DNA of 64,000 nt from the NCBI GenBank assembly GCA_016187515.1, contig JACPJN010000006.1:64856-128855 (forward strand), read 5' to 3'. A model generated the notes under the pieces. The model worked only from the letters and a program-made list of their open reading frames with translations. It did not search any database and had not been told where the DNA came from. Origin of the DNA: Candidatus Uhrbacteria bacterium. GTDB lineage: Bacteria; Patescibacteriota; Patescibacteriia; GWA2-47-26. Shown piece by piece: positions 9,266 through 18,439 of this stretch. The number at the start of each line of letters is the position of its first letter. Position 1 is the stretch's first letter. The position numbers and the translations under genes are program-made.

Positions 9266-9886
9266 CTACTCGGCCTGAATGACCGTTGCCTCACCTCCGC
9301 CAGGCGGCGGAGGCGCAAGGTCGGTCTCGGCCGGAGCCGCTGCCCGCGCTGGGGCCGGCTTGGCTGCGCTGGCCGCCGGGGCCGCCGCCGCATTTGCCGT
9401 ATCACACGGCGGACACGGCTTGGCTACCTTCTTGGCCGCCGGCTTGGCCACCACGGGCCGGGGCTCGCGCAACTGTGCCAGGCGCGTCTCGAGCGCGTCG
9501 GGGGTGGTGAGCGGGAGGTACTCGTTCCTCCAGTGCCCCTGCTCGGACTTGTCGGTCTTCCACAGGCCCTTCAGGCAGTACTGGGGCACGGTGTGGCGCC
9601 CCTTCATGCCCTCGTGGGTGGACTCGACCTCGGCCAGGCGGAAGGCGCCGCCCGTGCAATCGAACGCTGCCAGGTTCTCCGGCGGCGCGGGCTCGGCCTT
9701 CTTGGCCGGGGCCGGCGTGGGCTCGGACGGCTTGGCCGCCGCCACCGGCTTGTTCTCCGGCGCCGCGGCCGGGGCCGGCTTGGCCTCGCTGTTGCTGCAG
9801 GCGCAGAATGCAAATCCAGCGCCCACGATCGCGGCCGTACCCGCAATGAGCACGGTCCACAGAATCGCTGCGATTCGTCGGTTCAT
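9266..9886 (-). CDS. Pro/Ala-rich lipoprotein; function unknown.
   Basis: Signal peptide with Cys (MNRRIAAILWTVLIAGTAAIVGAGFAFCAC). RBS AAGGAGAAG upstream of the ATG at 9886. Confidence 0.55.
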   Translation of the reverse strand: MNRRIAAILWTVLIAGTAAIVGAGFAFCACSNSEAKPAPAAAPENKPVAAAKPSEPTPAPAKKAEPAPPENLAAFDCTGGAFRLAEVESTHEGMKGRHTVPQYCLKGLWKTDKSEQGHWRNEYLPLTTPDALETRLAQLREPRPVVAKPAAKKVAKPCPPCDTANAAAAPAASAAKPAPARAAAPAETDLAPPPPGGGEATVIQAE

Positions 9887-10092
9887 CTGACTTCTCCTTG
9901 TTGTGCGCCTTGCGGCGCGGTTGTGCGCGCCAGGCGCCGTGTAAATGACTCAAAGATTCAATGAACAAAGGACTGGTCTAAGCCAGCTCTTGTCTGTCCT
10001 CCAAAAGTATTGGAATCCAGGCAAGATTCCGGCTGATTGGTTAGATTTTGCCCCAAAATGGCCTATTTGGGGCATTCTGGTCTTAACGCGTT

Positions 10093-10121
10093 AATATAAC
10101 ATAAATAGCGGGATTTGTCAA
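10093..10121 (-). promoter_or_regulatory. Promoter TTGACA-N17-TATATT for the 9886->8067 operon.
   Basis: Minus-strand cTTGACAaatcccgctatttatgtTATATT; the -35 box lies inside the terminator hairpin of the upstream kinase gene. Confidence 0.45.
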
Positions 10122-10150
10122 GTCCTTGATGGCTTGAACAAATCCCGCTT
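10108..10150 (-). terminator. Intrinsic terminator after the kinase gene.
   Basis: Stem agcgggatttgt...acaaatcccgct, followed by atttatgttat on the minus strand. Confidence 0.5.
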
Positions 10151-10158
10151 TCGTATCA

Positions 10159-11493
10159 CTACTCGGCTTCAAACACCGCGGCCTTGCCGCCTCCGGCCGG
10201 CGGCGGTGCGGGCACACGCTGTCCCGCACTCTGCCTGGACGCGGCCTGGCGCGCCCGCTGCCGCTTCACCGGCTTGAAAGCGGGCTTTTCCGTCTTGACC
10301 GGCTCCGGAGTTGCTGCCGGCGGCGGAGAAGACGGCGCAGCGGCCGCCACAGGAACAGTGGTCACCGGCGGGCTCGGCGGCAGGATCGGCTGAACCAGAG
10401 GGACCGACGGGCTGGACTGCAGCAGTACGATGAAAAGCAGTACTGCGAAAACGAAGACCAGCGCAAAACCCGCAAGTAGGGCCAATCCCTTCCGCCCCTT
10501 CCACCCGTAAGGATCGGTCGCGGTTACGGCACGCGCAACTGCGCCTCCCTGCGTAAACGCGCTAAGCGCGGCCCGGAACTCCTCGACCGAGGCGTACCGC
10601 TCCTCTGGTTGCCGCGCGATCGCCTTGAGAGCAACCGAGCTGACATCCTCGGAAACCGCCGCGCGCACTTCGTGAGGCGGCCGGGGCTGCTGCGTGGCCT
10701 GGCGGTGGAAGATCGTGAGCAGATCCTCGCGCCCAAACGGCGGCTCGCCCGTGAGCATCTCGTAGAGCACGGCGCCAAGCGAGTACACGTCCGCGCGGCA
10801 GTCCACGATCTTGCCCGCGGCCTGCTCCGGCGCCATGTAGGCCGGAGTGCCGATGATCAGCCCGGCCTGCGTGCGCGCGGCGCCCTGGCGGTTGACTTTC
10901 GCGATCCCGAAGTCAATCACCTTGACCAGGTCGCCTTCCGGCGAGTCGGTCAAGAAGATGTTGTCCGGCTTCAGGTCCCGATGGATGATGCCCCTGGCGT
11001 GCACGGCCTCAAGCGCGTGCGCCGCTTGCATGATGATTGCCAGCGCGCGATCCGAATCGATCGCGCCGGAAGCCAGCAGCCGCTGGAGCGACTGGCCTTC
11101 GAGCAGTTCCATCACGTAGAACGGATGGCGAACCCCGCCAATCTCGATTGCGCCCGCATCGGTGACCGAGACGACGTTGCCGTGGCGAATCGCGACGAGC
11201 AGTCGCGCCTCTTCCACAAAGCGCTCGGCAAACTGCGCTGCCGGAGTTGAACCGCTGGCCGGGTAGTAGATCTTGAGCGCGTGATGGCTCCCCAAGGTCA
11301 GATGTTCAACCTTGTAGACCTGGCCCATTCCGCCGTGATCCAGGGCGGTAAGCACCCGATAGCGGCCCTCCACGATCTGACCTACGAAAAGCAAGGGGGT
11401 GATGCCGGAGCCGGTAAAGGCGCCGGCGTCGGAGGCCGGCAGCGTCGGATCGCTGCCCAGGCCGTTTCCAACCGGTCCTTTTCCATTGCTCAT
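10159..11493 (-). CDS. Hanks-type Ser/Thr protein kinase with a C-terminal TM segment and a Pro-rich tail.
   Basis: Motifs GQIVEGRYRV...GGMGQVYK...ALKI...HRDLKPDNIFL...DFGIAK...GTPAYMAPE. The ATG at 11493 has RBS GGAAGGAG; the track start at 11601 is less likely. Confidence 0.8.
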   Translation of the reverse strand: MSNGKGPVGNGLGSDPTLPASDAGAFTGSGITPLLFVGQIVEGRYRVLTALDHGGMGQVYKVEHLTLGSHHALKIYYPASGSTPAAQFAERFVEEARLLVAIRHGNVVSVTDAGAIEIGGVRHPFYVMELLEGQSLQRLLASGAIDSDRALAIIMQAAHALEAVHARGIIHRDLKPDNIFLTDSPEGDLVKVIDFGIAKVNRQGAARTQAGLIIGTPAYMAPEQAAGKIVDCRADVYSLGAVLYEMLTGEPPFGREDLLTIFHRQATQQPRPPHEVRAAVSEDVSSVALKAIARQPEERYASVEEFRAALSAFTQGGAVARAVTATDPYGWKGRKGLALLAGFALVFVFAVLLFIVLLQSSPSVPLVQPILPPSPPVTTVPVAAAAPSSPPPAATPEPVKTEKPAFKPVKRQRARQAASRQSAGQRVPAPPPAGGGKAAVFEAE

Positions 11494-11627
11494 GGCAATG
11501 CTCCTTCCTGAAGATGTGGCTCGAGACATCGCTCGAGCAAGTTTTCGAGGAACAATCGCTGGGATTTTCAAGCCCGTCCAAACACCCTGTTTCACAACCA
11601 ACGCGGGCCTAAAATCACCAACAATTC

Positions 11628-11656
11628 AGTATACACAAAAAAGACCTGGTTGTCAA
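11628..11656 (-). promoter_or_regulatory. Promoter TTGACA-N17-TATACT for the kinase gene, embedded in a bidirectional hairpin.
   Basis: Minus-strand cCTTGACAaccaggtcttttttgtgTATACTg; hairpin gacctggttgtc-aagg-acaaccaggtc at 11643..11669. Confidence 0.45.
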
Positions 11657-12015
11657 GGACAACCAGGTCCCGTCGTTCTTTTTTCCCCATCCACACCAGA
11701 CGCGGCATGGCGGTGTGCCCGAGCAGCATTGGGGGAACGCCCCGACACGACAGCGCAGGCAGGCAGGACGGTTGGGGATCCTGCCAAGGAGACCCGCAGA
11801 CCCCACCATTCACCCAAGCGAGAGACGCCTGACGGCGATGTGGCAAGGCAATTTTGGGAGCGTCTGCAGTCCTCTGCGCAATTTATTTCCTCATAATCCT
11901 AAATTGCGCAGGGACGGAAGAGGACCCTTGTATTGCCGCCCACCCTGACGGGACACGCCGCGCCCTCTCCTTACCGCGAGTTCCGCAGCAAGGAAAGCGG
12001 GGCGGCGCACGGACG

Positions 12016-13161
12016 CTACCTCCCCCCGCGCATCCGCATCGCCTCGCAGTGCTTGAGCCGGCGCAGGACCTCGGCAAGCGCCGGACGGCGAACCGGGTCA
12101 AAGCTCGTCATCTCCCGCCACAGATCCTGCATCCAGACGCGCACCGCCGGGTGAAGATCCGGATGCGTACAGTCCGGAAGCGGCCGACGCGCCACCTCGA
12201 GAAGTTCTCCGGCATTCACGGAGTCCGGAAGCGCCTGCGACCCCTGCGACATCTCGCAGAGCATCCGACCCAAGGCAAAGGTGTCCGTGGCCTCACTCAC
12301 CGCGCTGCCGATCAGCTGCTCCGGCGCGCAATAGCGCGGCGTGGCTCCGGCCGCGCCGAATACCGCGGTCAAATCCGGAAGGTCCTCGGCATCGCGGACG
12401 AGCTCCTTGGCCACTCCCAGATCCAGGATCACGACCTCGAAAAACGCCTCGCCGGAGGCGGTCAGCGGGACCACCACCATGTTCTCCGGCTTCAGATCCC
12501 GATGCACCACCTGGGCGCGCAAGTGAAGACGCGTGACCGCGCGCGCGATCTTGGAAGCCGCAAAGTAGATGAAGCGCCAGGGCAGCCGCCAACCAGCCGG
12601 GGTAAATCCCAGCTCGGAAACCAGGCCCGGATTTCCCACGATGTCATAGAGCGAAAGGCCGGCGATAAAGCTCAACACCAGATGCGGAAGCGGTTCATCA
12701 GCGCGACCCAGATACACCGGGAAGCTCGGATCCCCGACCATTCCGGCCAGCAGCCGCCCTTCTTGCCGCAGCCGTTCGCGGCAATGCGCGGCAAGCTCCG
12801 CGCTGGCGCCCGGCGGCGGATTCAAGAGCTTGACCACTTGGAGCAATGGACGGATTCCGGGCTGGCGGCGCAGCTCGGCGACCTCGGAAGCGGTGAGAAT
12901 CTGGTAAACACCCGGATCCCTGGGAAGCGCCATCAGGTAGCTTTCGTCCAGGGTTCCGTCGGAAGCCGCCGTCGCGAGCGGCACGCAGACGTTAACTGCC
13001 GCGGTACCGCCCTGTCCCAGAGGCGCCCAGATGAGCAAGGGCTCACCCCAGGGGCGGACAATGGCCGTGCCCGGCTTCAGTGCGTCCGGATGAAGTCCGG
13101 AAACGCGCTGCAGATGCGGCGCCGGCCACATCCGGAACGCAACAGCATTGCTAGCAGACAT
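12016..13161 (-). CDS. Protein-kinase-like protein, probably a pseudokinase.
   Basis: Has HRDLKPENMVV and a Gly loop LGQGGTAAV, but no beta3 Lys (VNVCVPL) and DLG in place of DFG. Strong RBS CCAAGGAGG before the ATG at 13161. The plus ORF 11854..13260 is an artefact. Confidence 0.6.
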   Translation of the reverse strand: MSASNAVAFRMWPAPHLQRVSGLHPDALKPGTAIVRPWGEPLLIWAPLGQGGTAAVNVCVPLATAASDGTLDESYLMALPRDPGVYQILTASEVAELRRQPGIRPLLQVVKLLNPPPGASAELAAHCRERLRQEGRLLAGMVGDPSFPVYLGRADEPLPHLVLSFIAGLSLYDIVGNPGLVSELGFTPAGWRLPWRFIYFAASKIARAVTRLHLRAQVVHRDLKPENMVVVPLTASGEAFFEVVILDLGVAKELVRDAEDLPDLTAVFGAAGATPRYCAPEQLIGSAVSEATDTFALGRMLCEMSQGSQALPDSVNAGELLEVARRPLPDCTHPDLHPAVRVWMQDLWREMTSFDPVRRPALAEVLRRLKHCEAMRMRGGR

Positions 13162-13211
13162 GGTAACGCCTCCTTGGCGGTTTGGTCTTGGAAAGAACGC
13201 ACTCTAAGCCC

Positions 13212-13241
13212 ATTACAACACAAAAACGGCCGCTTGTCAAG
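13212..13241 (-). promoter_or_regulatory. Promoter TTGACA-N17-TGTAAT for the pseudokinase, overlapping the terminator hairpin 13223..13249 of the Wzz-like gene.
   Basis: Minus-strand aaaacggccTTGACAagcggccgtttttgtgtTGTAATggg. Confidence 0.45.
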
Positions 13242-13270
13242 GCCGTTTTGTGATTTGTGATTTGGAATTT

Positions 13271-13894
13271 CTACAATAGGTGTCCGTGATGCTTTTTTCT
13301 CCGATGATCCAGCCAAACCCAGCCGCTTGCTAAAAATGCTCCGAGAATTCCGCCCACTACCGCGTTTAGGGGAAGGTTGGGGCGGACCGGGAATTTGGAA
13401 GCCAGCGGCGGATCAACCAGGCGAACCGTCAGCTCGCGGCCGACATAATCCGATCCCTGCGCTGAAAGCAGAAAGGCGCTGGCGGCGACAATCCGTTTCG
13501 CTTGATCGCGGTCCGGATGAAACGCGGTAATCCTAACGAGTCCGGTCCCGCGCGCCACGTCCACTTCAACAGTATCATCCCAAAGCCGGCGCTTAAGATG
13601 TTCGGCTTTATCAAAATAGCGCGGATCGATCTTATAGCCGCTCTCGAGAATCCGCGAGAGAAAAGTGCTGGTCGCGACCACCTGGGCCAAACTGTCGCCG
13701 ATCAGCTCATTGGAGCGCAGCGCGGTATAGGGATCAAGAGTAAACGCTTCCTTTTGGGTAATCAAGAGCCGCACGGAGGCGCTATACTTAAACGGCAGCA
13801 CCAAAGAAATCGCGGCCGCGACCGATGCGGTTACGAGCGCGAAAAATACAATAAACTTGCGGCTGGTTTTCAGTATCGGTAAAAGCTTTTCCAT
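13271..13894 (-). CDS. Wzz/CapA/CpsC-like polysaccharide chain-length determinant, short form.
   Basis: N-terminal TM, then KYSASVRLLI (compare the Wzz Y-x-S-x-LL motif), and a C-terminal TM VGGILGAFLASGWVWL. Size is 207 aa. Confidence 0.55.
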   Translation of the reverse strand: MEKLLPILKTSRKFIVFFALVTASVAAAISLVLPFKYSASVRLLITQKEAFTLDPYTALRSNELIGDSLAQVVATSTFLSRILESGYKIDPRYFDKAEHLKRRLWDDTVEVDVARGTGLVRITAFHPDRDQAKRIVAASAFLLSAQGSDYVGRELTVRLVDPPLASKFPVRPNLPLNAVVGGILGAFLASGWVWLDHRRKKHHGHLL

Positions 13895-13915
13895 GCCTAA
13901 ACATTATATCACCTT

Positions 13916-14968
13916 TTAAGGCAGCGCGCCAAGCGAGACGCGCACGGTCTCTTCCTGGCCCTGCCGGATAATCCCAAGCTCCACTTCCGCGCCCGGGGGA
14001 TACCGCTGCAGCAGCAGTTGAAAAGGTATCGCGCTGTCGAGCCGCCGTCGGTCAAACGCAGTCAGCACATCGCCTTCTTTAAGCCCGGCCGTAAAGGCCG
14101 GCGACTTGGGTAAAACTGCCGGACGCCCTTTGGCCCCTTTGAGCAGGAGTCCGAAAGTCGGCGCGCCGGGAAGCGGCGCGGTACGATTTAAATCCATAAA
14201 ATTAATTCCCAGCCAAGTGGGGCGATATTCCCGATTATCCAAATATTGCCGCAGCGCCTTTTGCATAAACTCCGCGGAAATGGCCTCGCCATGCTCGCGG
14301 CTGATCCCCGTCAGCTGTCCTCGGTAATCAAAAAGGAAATGTCCCGGACCCGGATCGCCGTCAATCCAGAAAGACGGCGGCCGATCTTCGGAGGATTCCA
14401 CCGCGGCCCCGGTTGCCGTAGTATAGGTCGCGATCACCCGATGGATACGAACTGCTCCGCCCTCGCCGAATGCAAAAAGCGACTCGCCAACTTTAACCTG
14501 TTCATAGGCCGATAGGATAAACGGACTTACCGACGAGGATTGCTCGCCGGCAATATTGTAAAAAGCAATTCGCAGCTCGGGCAGGTAAAACCGCTTGCCT
14601 TTCGCGTTTAAGGCCTCCTTGAGCGTAAGGATACGGCGATCGTTGGAAACCGCTTTCAGCTTTATCCGCTCGCGGATCGTGTCGGGAATTCCGACCAGCC
14701 CGTCAGAGGTCAGGGCCAAGGCATATCCGCTCACCTCCGGAACCACTGCCGCCGGCAGGCGCGATTGATGCAGGGTCAGCAGGGTCTTTCTGGCCTGCTC
14801 GATATCAAAGGTCACCTCCTCCAGTACACGGACCGGAGGGGAACTTGGCTGGCGCGCGGGAGACGCTCCGGGGAAAAGCGCTTTGGGAATCACGATATTT
14901 AACAAAAATATCCCAAAAATTCCTCCCAAAAATCCAAAAATAAATGGCTTGACTATACTACGAAACAT
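13916..14968 (-). CDS. Membrane-anchored trypsin-like (HtrA/S1C-like) domain protein with a C-terminal PDZ domain. It is possibly catalytically inactive.
   Basis: An N-terminal TM after the ATG at 14968. The position of the GNSGGP serine motif reads GDPGPG (Ser->Pro). A PDZ-like domain follows (LGINF...GLKEGDVLTAFD). Confidence 0.45.
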   Translation of the reverse strand: MFRSIVKPFIFGFLGGIFGIFLLNIVIPKALFPGASPARQPSSPPVRVLEEVTFDIEQARKTLLTLHQSRLPAAVVPEVSGYALALTSDGLVGIPDTIRERIKLKAVSNDRRILTLKEALNAKGKRFYLPELRIAFYNIAGEQSSSVSPFILSAYEQVKVGESLFAFGEGGAVRIHRVIATYTTATGAAVESSEDRPPSFWIDGDPGPGHFLFDYRGQLTGISREHGEAISAEFMQKALRQYLDNREYRPTWLGINFMDLNRTAPLPGAPTFGLLLKGAKGRPAVLPKSPAFTAGLKEGDVLTAFDRRRLDSAIPFQLLLQRYPPGAEVELGIIRQGQEETVRVSLGALP

Positions 14969-14973
14969 AACCC

Positions 14974-15762
14974 CTACAACCACTCCGCGGTTAAAAGCAG
15001 CACGGCAAGCAGCGCCCCGCCAAATCCCAGATGCCGATACAGTATCTTCTTGGTCATCAGATTGAGCAGCTGCGTGCGGCTCAACATTACCCCCACATAC
15101 CAGCATACCGTCAGTATCGCTCCGCTGGCCATGAAATAAAGCGGTAGAATATTGAACACTAAGAAAAGTTCAAATCCCAAGAGCGCGACTACCCAGACCG
15201 TGACCGACGCGGAGGATCCGCGCAGTCCGCTAAACCAAAAAATCGAATGGGTAAGCAAGGAGATGAGCAGGATAAAGAGCGCCGCGACGAAGGCGATATT
15301 CAGGCCTAACAGCAGACGCATTCCCAGAAGCGCGCTGACTCCCAAAAATATGGCCAGCGTCGCGGTATATCCTCCCAGATTTTCAAGCGAATACCCCTTG
15401 AATACCGAAGGATTTTTTTCATACATCACCATGCTTTCAAAAAATAGCGCCGTGAGCGCCGCGACAAGCAGGCCCAGCGCCTGTCTCGCCAAGGCCCGCT
15501 CGACCAACAATTCAAAAGCCAAGGCGGACCAGATCAAAAAAAGCGGAACGGCCGCTAAAGCCAGCCGATAGGCGAGCCGCTCCTTTTTGGAAAGATCGGG
15601 GGCGGCCTTAAAAAAAACTTTGACTATCCCGGCGACGAGAAGGAGAGCGCCGACGGCTGCCATAACTACTGCCGTTGGCCGCAGCTGGATGGTCTCAAAA
15701 AGCGCCAAGACGGCAAATGCGGTCCCCAGCGAAAAAAAACGGCGAATATTGACCATGACCAT
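14974..15762 (-). CDS. Polytopic membrane protein, about 8 TM segments; function unknown.
   Basis: Highly hydrophobic 262-aa ORF; its stop lies 5 nt upstream of the next gene's start. Confidence 0.5.
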   Translation of the reverse strand: MVMVNIRRFFSLGTAFAVLALFETIQLRPTAVVMAAVGALLLVAGIVKVFFKAAPDLSKKERLAYRLALAAVPLFLIWSALAFELLVERALARQALGLLVAALTALFFESMVMYEKNPSVFKGYSLENLGGYTATLAIFLGVSALLGMRLLLGLNIAFVAALFILLISLLTHSIFWFSGLRGSSASVTVWVVALLGFELFLVFNILPLYFMASGAILTVCWYVGVMLSRTQLLNLMTKKILYRHLGFGGALLAVLLLTAEWL

Positions 15763-15777
15763 AGTGGTGGCACCGGG

Positions 15778-16827
15778 CTAACTCTTTTCACTCCCATGCA
15801 ATATCTCACGGATTATCACGTCCAGCGCGGTGGCCACCGGAATCGCGAACAGGGCGCCCATAATCCCGGCCAGCTTGGCCCCGATCACCAGCGCCAGGAT
15901 CGAAATAATCGGATTTAATCCCACGGCCTTCTGCATGACCTTGGGAACCAGGATATTATTTTCCAGCTGCTGAATAACCACGAACATCAGCACCACAAAA
16001 AACGCTTTGGTGGTGGATTGGGCCAGCGCGAAAAATACCGCGACTACCGCAGCCAAAAACGGTCCGGCGTAGGGCACGAGTTCGACGAGAGCGGCAAAGA
16101 GTCCGAGAACCAGCGCGTAATTCACGCCAATTATCGAGAGTCCAATGTAAACCAGCGTTCCGACCGCCGCCGACAAAACCAGCTGACCTTTAACCCAGGA
16201 CGTGATCTTCCGCTGCACCTTCGAGAGCGTCCCCAACATGAACGATTGGTAGCGATCCGGGATAAGCGCGCGAAATACTTTTTTAAGCCCATCCTCCTGA
16301 ATGACCATGTAAAAAGTAATCACCAGTATTAAAACAAAGGAAACCACTCCCCCAAACACATTGACCACCGTAGTAAAGGCCCCGCCCACCGCGCGGGTCA
16401 GCGCCGTCTGTACTGAACTCAAACCCGCCTCGATATTTTTCGAAAATCCGCTTTGCACGGAATATTCCTTGAACAGAATCGCTCCGGAGACCAGCCGATC
16501 CCAAACCGCGGAAAAATTGGAAGCCAAATCGCGAATTTCCTGCACCAAGGGCGGAATCAGCACTCCGATCACTAAACCAAAGATGGAAAGGAGGGCGACA
16601 TAGACGATCAGCACCGCCACCGCGCGAGGAACCCGCCGCACCTCAAACCAATCGGCCAAGGGATCAATAATCGCGGAGAGAATCAACGCGACAAAAAGGA
16701 TCGCGATAATATCGCGAATAAAATACACAAACCACAGGATAAAGAGGATCCCGACTATTTTAAGGACAGTCCCGGTCGAGACGGTCCATTCGACTTTAGC
16801 GCGGTTTGATTCGGAGGGTAGATTCAT
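15778..16827 (-). CDS. AI-2E family transporter (PerM/YhhT-like).
   Basis: 8 TM segments; LVLGLFAALVELVPYAGPFLAAV and NNILVPKVM motifs. Start ATG at 16827. Confidence 0.7.
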   Translation of the reverse strand: MNLPSESNRAKVEWTVSTGTVLKIVGILFILWFVYFIRDIIAILFVALILSAIIDPLADWFEVRRVPRAVAVLIVYVALLSIFGLVIGVLIPPLVQEIRDLASNFSAVWDRLVSGAILFKEYSVQSGFSKNIEAGLSSVQTALTRAVGGAFTTVVNVFGGVVSFVLILVITFYMVIQEDGLKKVFRALIPDRYQSFMLGTLSKVQRKITSWVKGQLVLSAAVGTLVYIGLSIIGVNYALVLGLFAALVELVPYAGPFLAAVVAVFFALAQSTTKAFFVVLMFVVIQQLENNILVPKVMQKAVGLNPIISILALVIGAKLAGIMGALFAIPVATALDVIIREILHGSEKS

Positions 16828-16922
16828 ACTGCCTACAGTATACCACACGGTGGGGGTGAGATTCTCCGCCGGAGGCGGATGCGCCTCCCGCCCAAGGCGG
16901 ACAGGCGGGCGCAGAACCTATA

Positions 16923-17005
16923 CGGAGGGTGCAGGACTCGAACCTGCAAGGGCTTTCGCCCGCTAGTTTTCAAGACTAGTGCCTTGCCATTCGGCGCAAC
17001 CCTCC
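16923..17005 (-). tRNA. tRNA-Ser (anticodon UGA); no encoded CCA.
   Basis: Manual fold: acceptor GGAGGGT/ACCCTCC; anticodon stem CTAGT/ACTAG with loop CTTGAAA; long variable arm; T-arm CAGGTTCGAGTCCTG. Confidence 0.7.
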
Positions 17006-17006
17006 T

Positions 17007-17096
17007 TGGCGGAAGGGGTGGGATTTGAACCCACGAGCCCCCTTTCGGGGGCAAAGTTTAGCAAACTTTTGCCTTGGACCACTCGGCCACCCTTCC
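17007..17096 (-). tRNA. tRNA-Ser (anticodon GCU), with encoded CCA.
   Basis: Acceptor GGAAGGG/CCCTTCC; anticodon stem AAAGT/ACTTT with loop TTGCTAA; long variable arm GCCCCCGAAAGGGGGC; T-arm GTGGGTTCAAATCCCAC. Confidence 0.7.
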
Positions 17097-17130
17097 GTGC
17101 CACCTATACTATCACAGTATCCACCCTTTT

Positions 17131-17835
17131 TCAACCCTTGGCAAGGACCATCCCCCAAACCTCGCTGGCCCTCGCTTGCCGAAGCGCGCGGCCGCACTCG
17201 CCCAGAGTTGAGCCGGTCGTCGCCACATCATCAACCACGCAGACGAATTTCCCACGGATCGCTTCGGGTTCAACACACCAGATATTGTGCCGAATATTGC
17301 GGGCGCGATCAATTTCATCCAAAGATGCTTGCGGCGGACGATGTCGGCGCCGTACCAGGGCAGGAACGGACTGTCCTCCAGAAATTGCGGCAAACCGCCG
17401 CGCGATTATTTCGGCTTGATTAAACCCGCGATCGCGCAGACGGCGCGGGTGGAGCGGCACCGGAACAAAGATGAGCGCGCGCGGGTCAGCATCCAGAAAC
17501 TCGAGTTTGGAAAGAAAATAATCCTCGACAATCCGGATCAGCGGATCCAGGGCGCCTCGCACATAGCCATACTTGGCAGCTTTGAGAATACTTTTGACCA
17601 ACCCATAATCATAATCCAGAAAACTAAACACGCCCTCGAGCGTAAAAATTTTCCGGCAAGCAAAACAGGTCTTGCCCCGCTTTACGGGCAGCTTGCAAAC
17701 CAAACAGCAATCTTCGGTCTGGATTGGAATCCGCTTTAAGCAGCGTAAACAAGCCCAAGTCCCCTCTTTTTTACAACCCAGACATTCAATCGGGAAAAGC
17801 GTATCCAGAATAAAACGGGCGGATTTTCCAATCAT
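17131..17835 (-). CDS. comF: ComF family protein (phosphoribosyltransferase domain plus N-terminal Cys4 zinc finger).
   Basis: CLGC...CLRC...CLVC...CFAC zinc finger; a PRTase motif FVCVVDDVATTGSTL; start ATG at 17835. Confidence 0.65.
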   Translation of the reverse strand: MIGKSARFILDTLFPIECLGCKKEGTWACLRCLKRIPIQTEDCCLVCKLPVKRGKTCFACRKIFTLEGVFSFLDYDYGLVKSILKAAKYGYVRGALDPLIRIVEDYFLSKLEFLDADPRALIFVPVPLHPRRLRDRGFNQAEIIARRFAAISGGQSVPALVRRRHRPPQASLDEIDRARNIRHNIWCVEPEAIRGKFVCVVDDVATTGSTLGECGRALRQARASEVWGMVLAKG

Positions 17836-17837
17836 AC

Positions 17838-18416
17838 TCACCTCCACTCCACCCCATCGACTTTCCATTGTTCTCCATCCTTAATAAAAACGAGCATAAT
17901 TTCCTGATAATAAATCCTGGGGGATTCCGCGTCCCGAACTTCTTTGCGCTGGGTCTGTACTGCTGTCCGAGCGCTCTCCGCAGTCCGCTCCTCCACCTTT
18001 ACACTCATGGCTTTGGTGGTCACCCCTAAATATCCAGCAGCCGAACTGGACGTACTTAACTCTTGCGCTTGCGCAATTTCCCGCGCCGCTTTGCTGCGCA
18101 ATCCGTCCGTCATAAACGGATAAAGGTCTTTGACATTTTCAAATTGGTTCTGATTGGAATATGACCCATAGCGTTCCGCGAAAGAACGCGCCAGGGTCTC
18201 GAGCGAAAGCTCCAAAGCCAGTTCAGCGCGCTCACTTTCATTAAGTACCGGCGGGGGAATAACGACTGCGGGCGGAATACTGGCCGGCTGTACGACATCG
18301 GTCCGCTGTCCCCTGTCTTCTGTCTTCCGGACCCTCCCCCGCAATCCTAACGCGAAAAGTAGGCCGAGGATAATAACAATGCCAATGGCAATAAAAAATT
18401 TGACGCGACGCGACAT
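17838..18416 (-). CDS. Membrane-anchored hypothetical protein in the T4SS-like module.
   Basis: N-terminal TM (FFIAIGIVIILGLLFALGL); 4-nt overlap with comF; preceded by a GTAAATCAG x3 spacer. Confidence 0.45.
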   Translation of the reverse strand: MSRRVKFFIAIGIVIILGLLFALGLRGRVRKTEDRGQRTDVVQPASIPPAVVIPPPVLNESERAELALELSLETLARSFAERYGSYSNQNQFENVKDLYPFMTDGLRSKAAREIAQAQELSTSSSAAGYLGVTTKAMSVKVEERTAESARTAVQTQRKEVRDAESPRIYYQEIMLVFIKDGEQWKVDGVEWR

Positions 18417-18439
18417 ATGATTTACCTGATTTACCTGAT

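Noticed and set aside
8034-9405. ORFs 8034..9032(+), 8032..8427(+) and 8344..9405(-)
   Set aside because: They overlap the 8067..9233(-) gene, which has a textbook signal peptide and RBS. These are GC-rich frame artefacts.
11854-13260. Plus ORF 11854..13260 (468 aa)
   Set aside because: Antisense to the kinase-like gene; Arg-rich junk translation.
16833-17423. ORFs overlapping the tRNA-Ser pair
   Set aside because: The region folds into two canonical class-II tRNAs.
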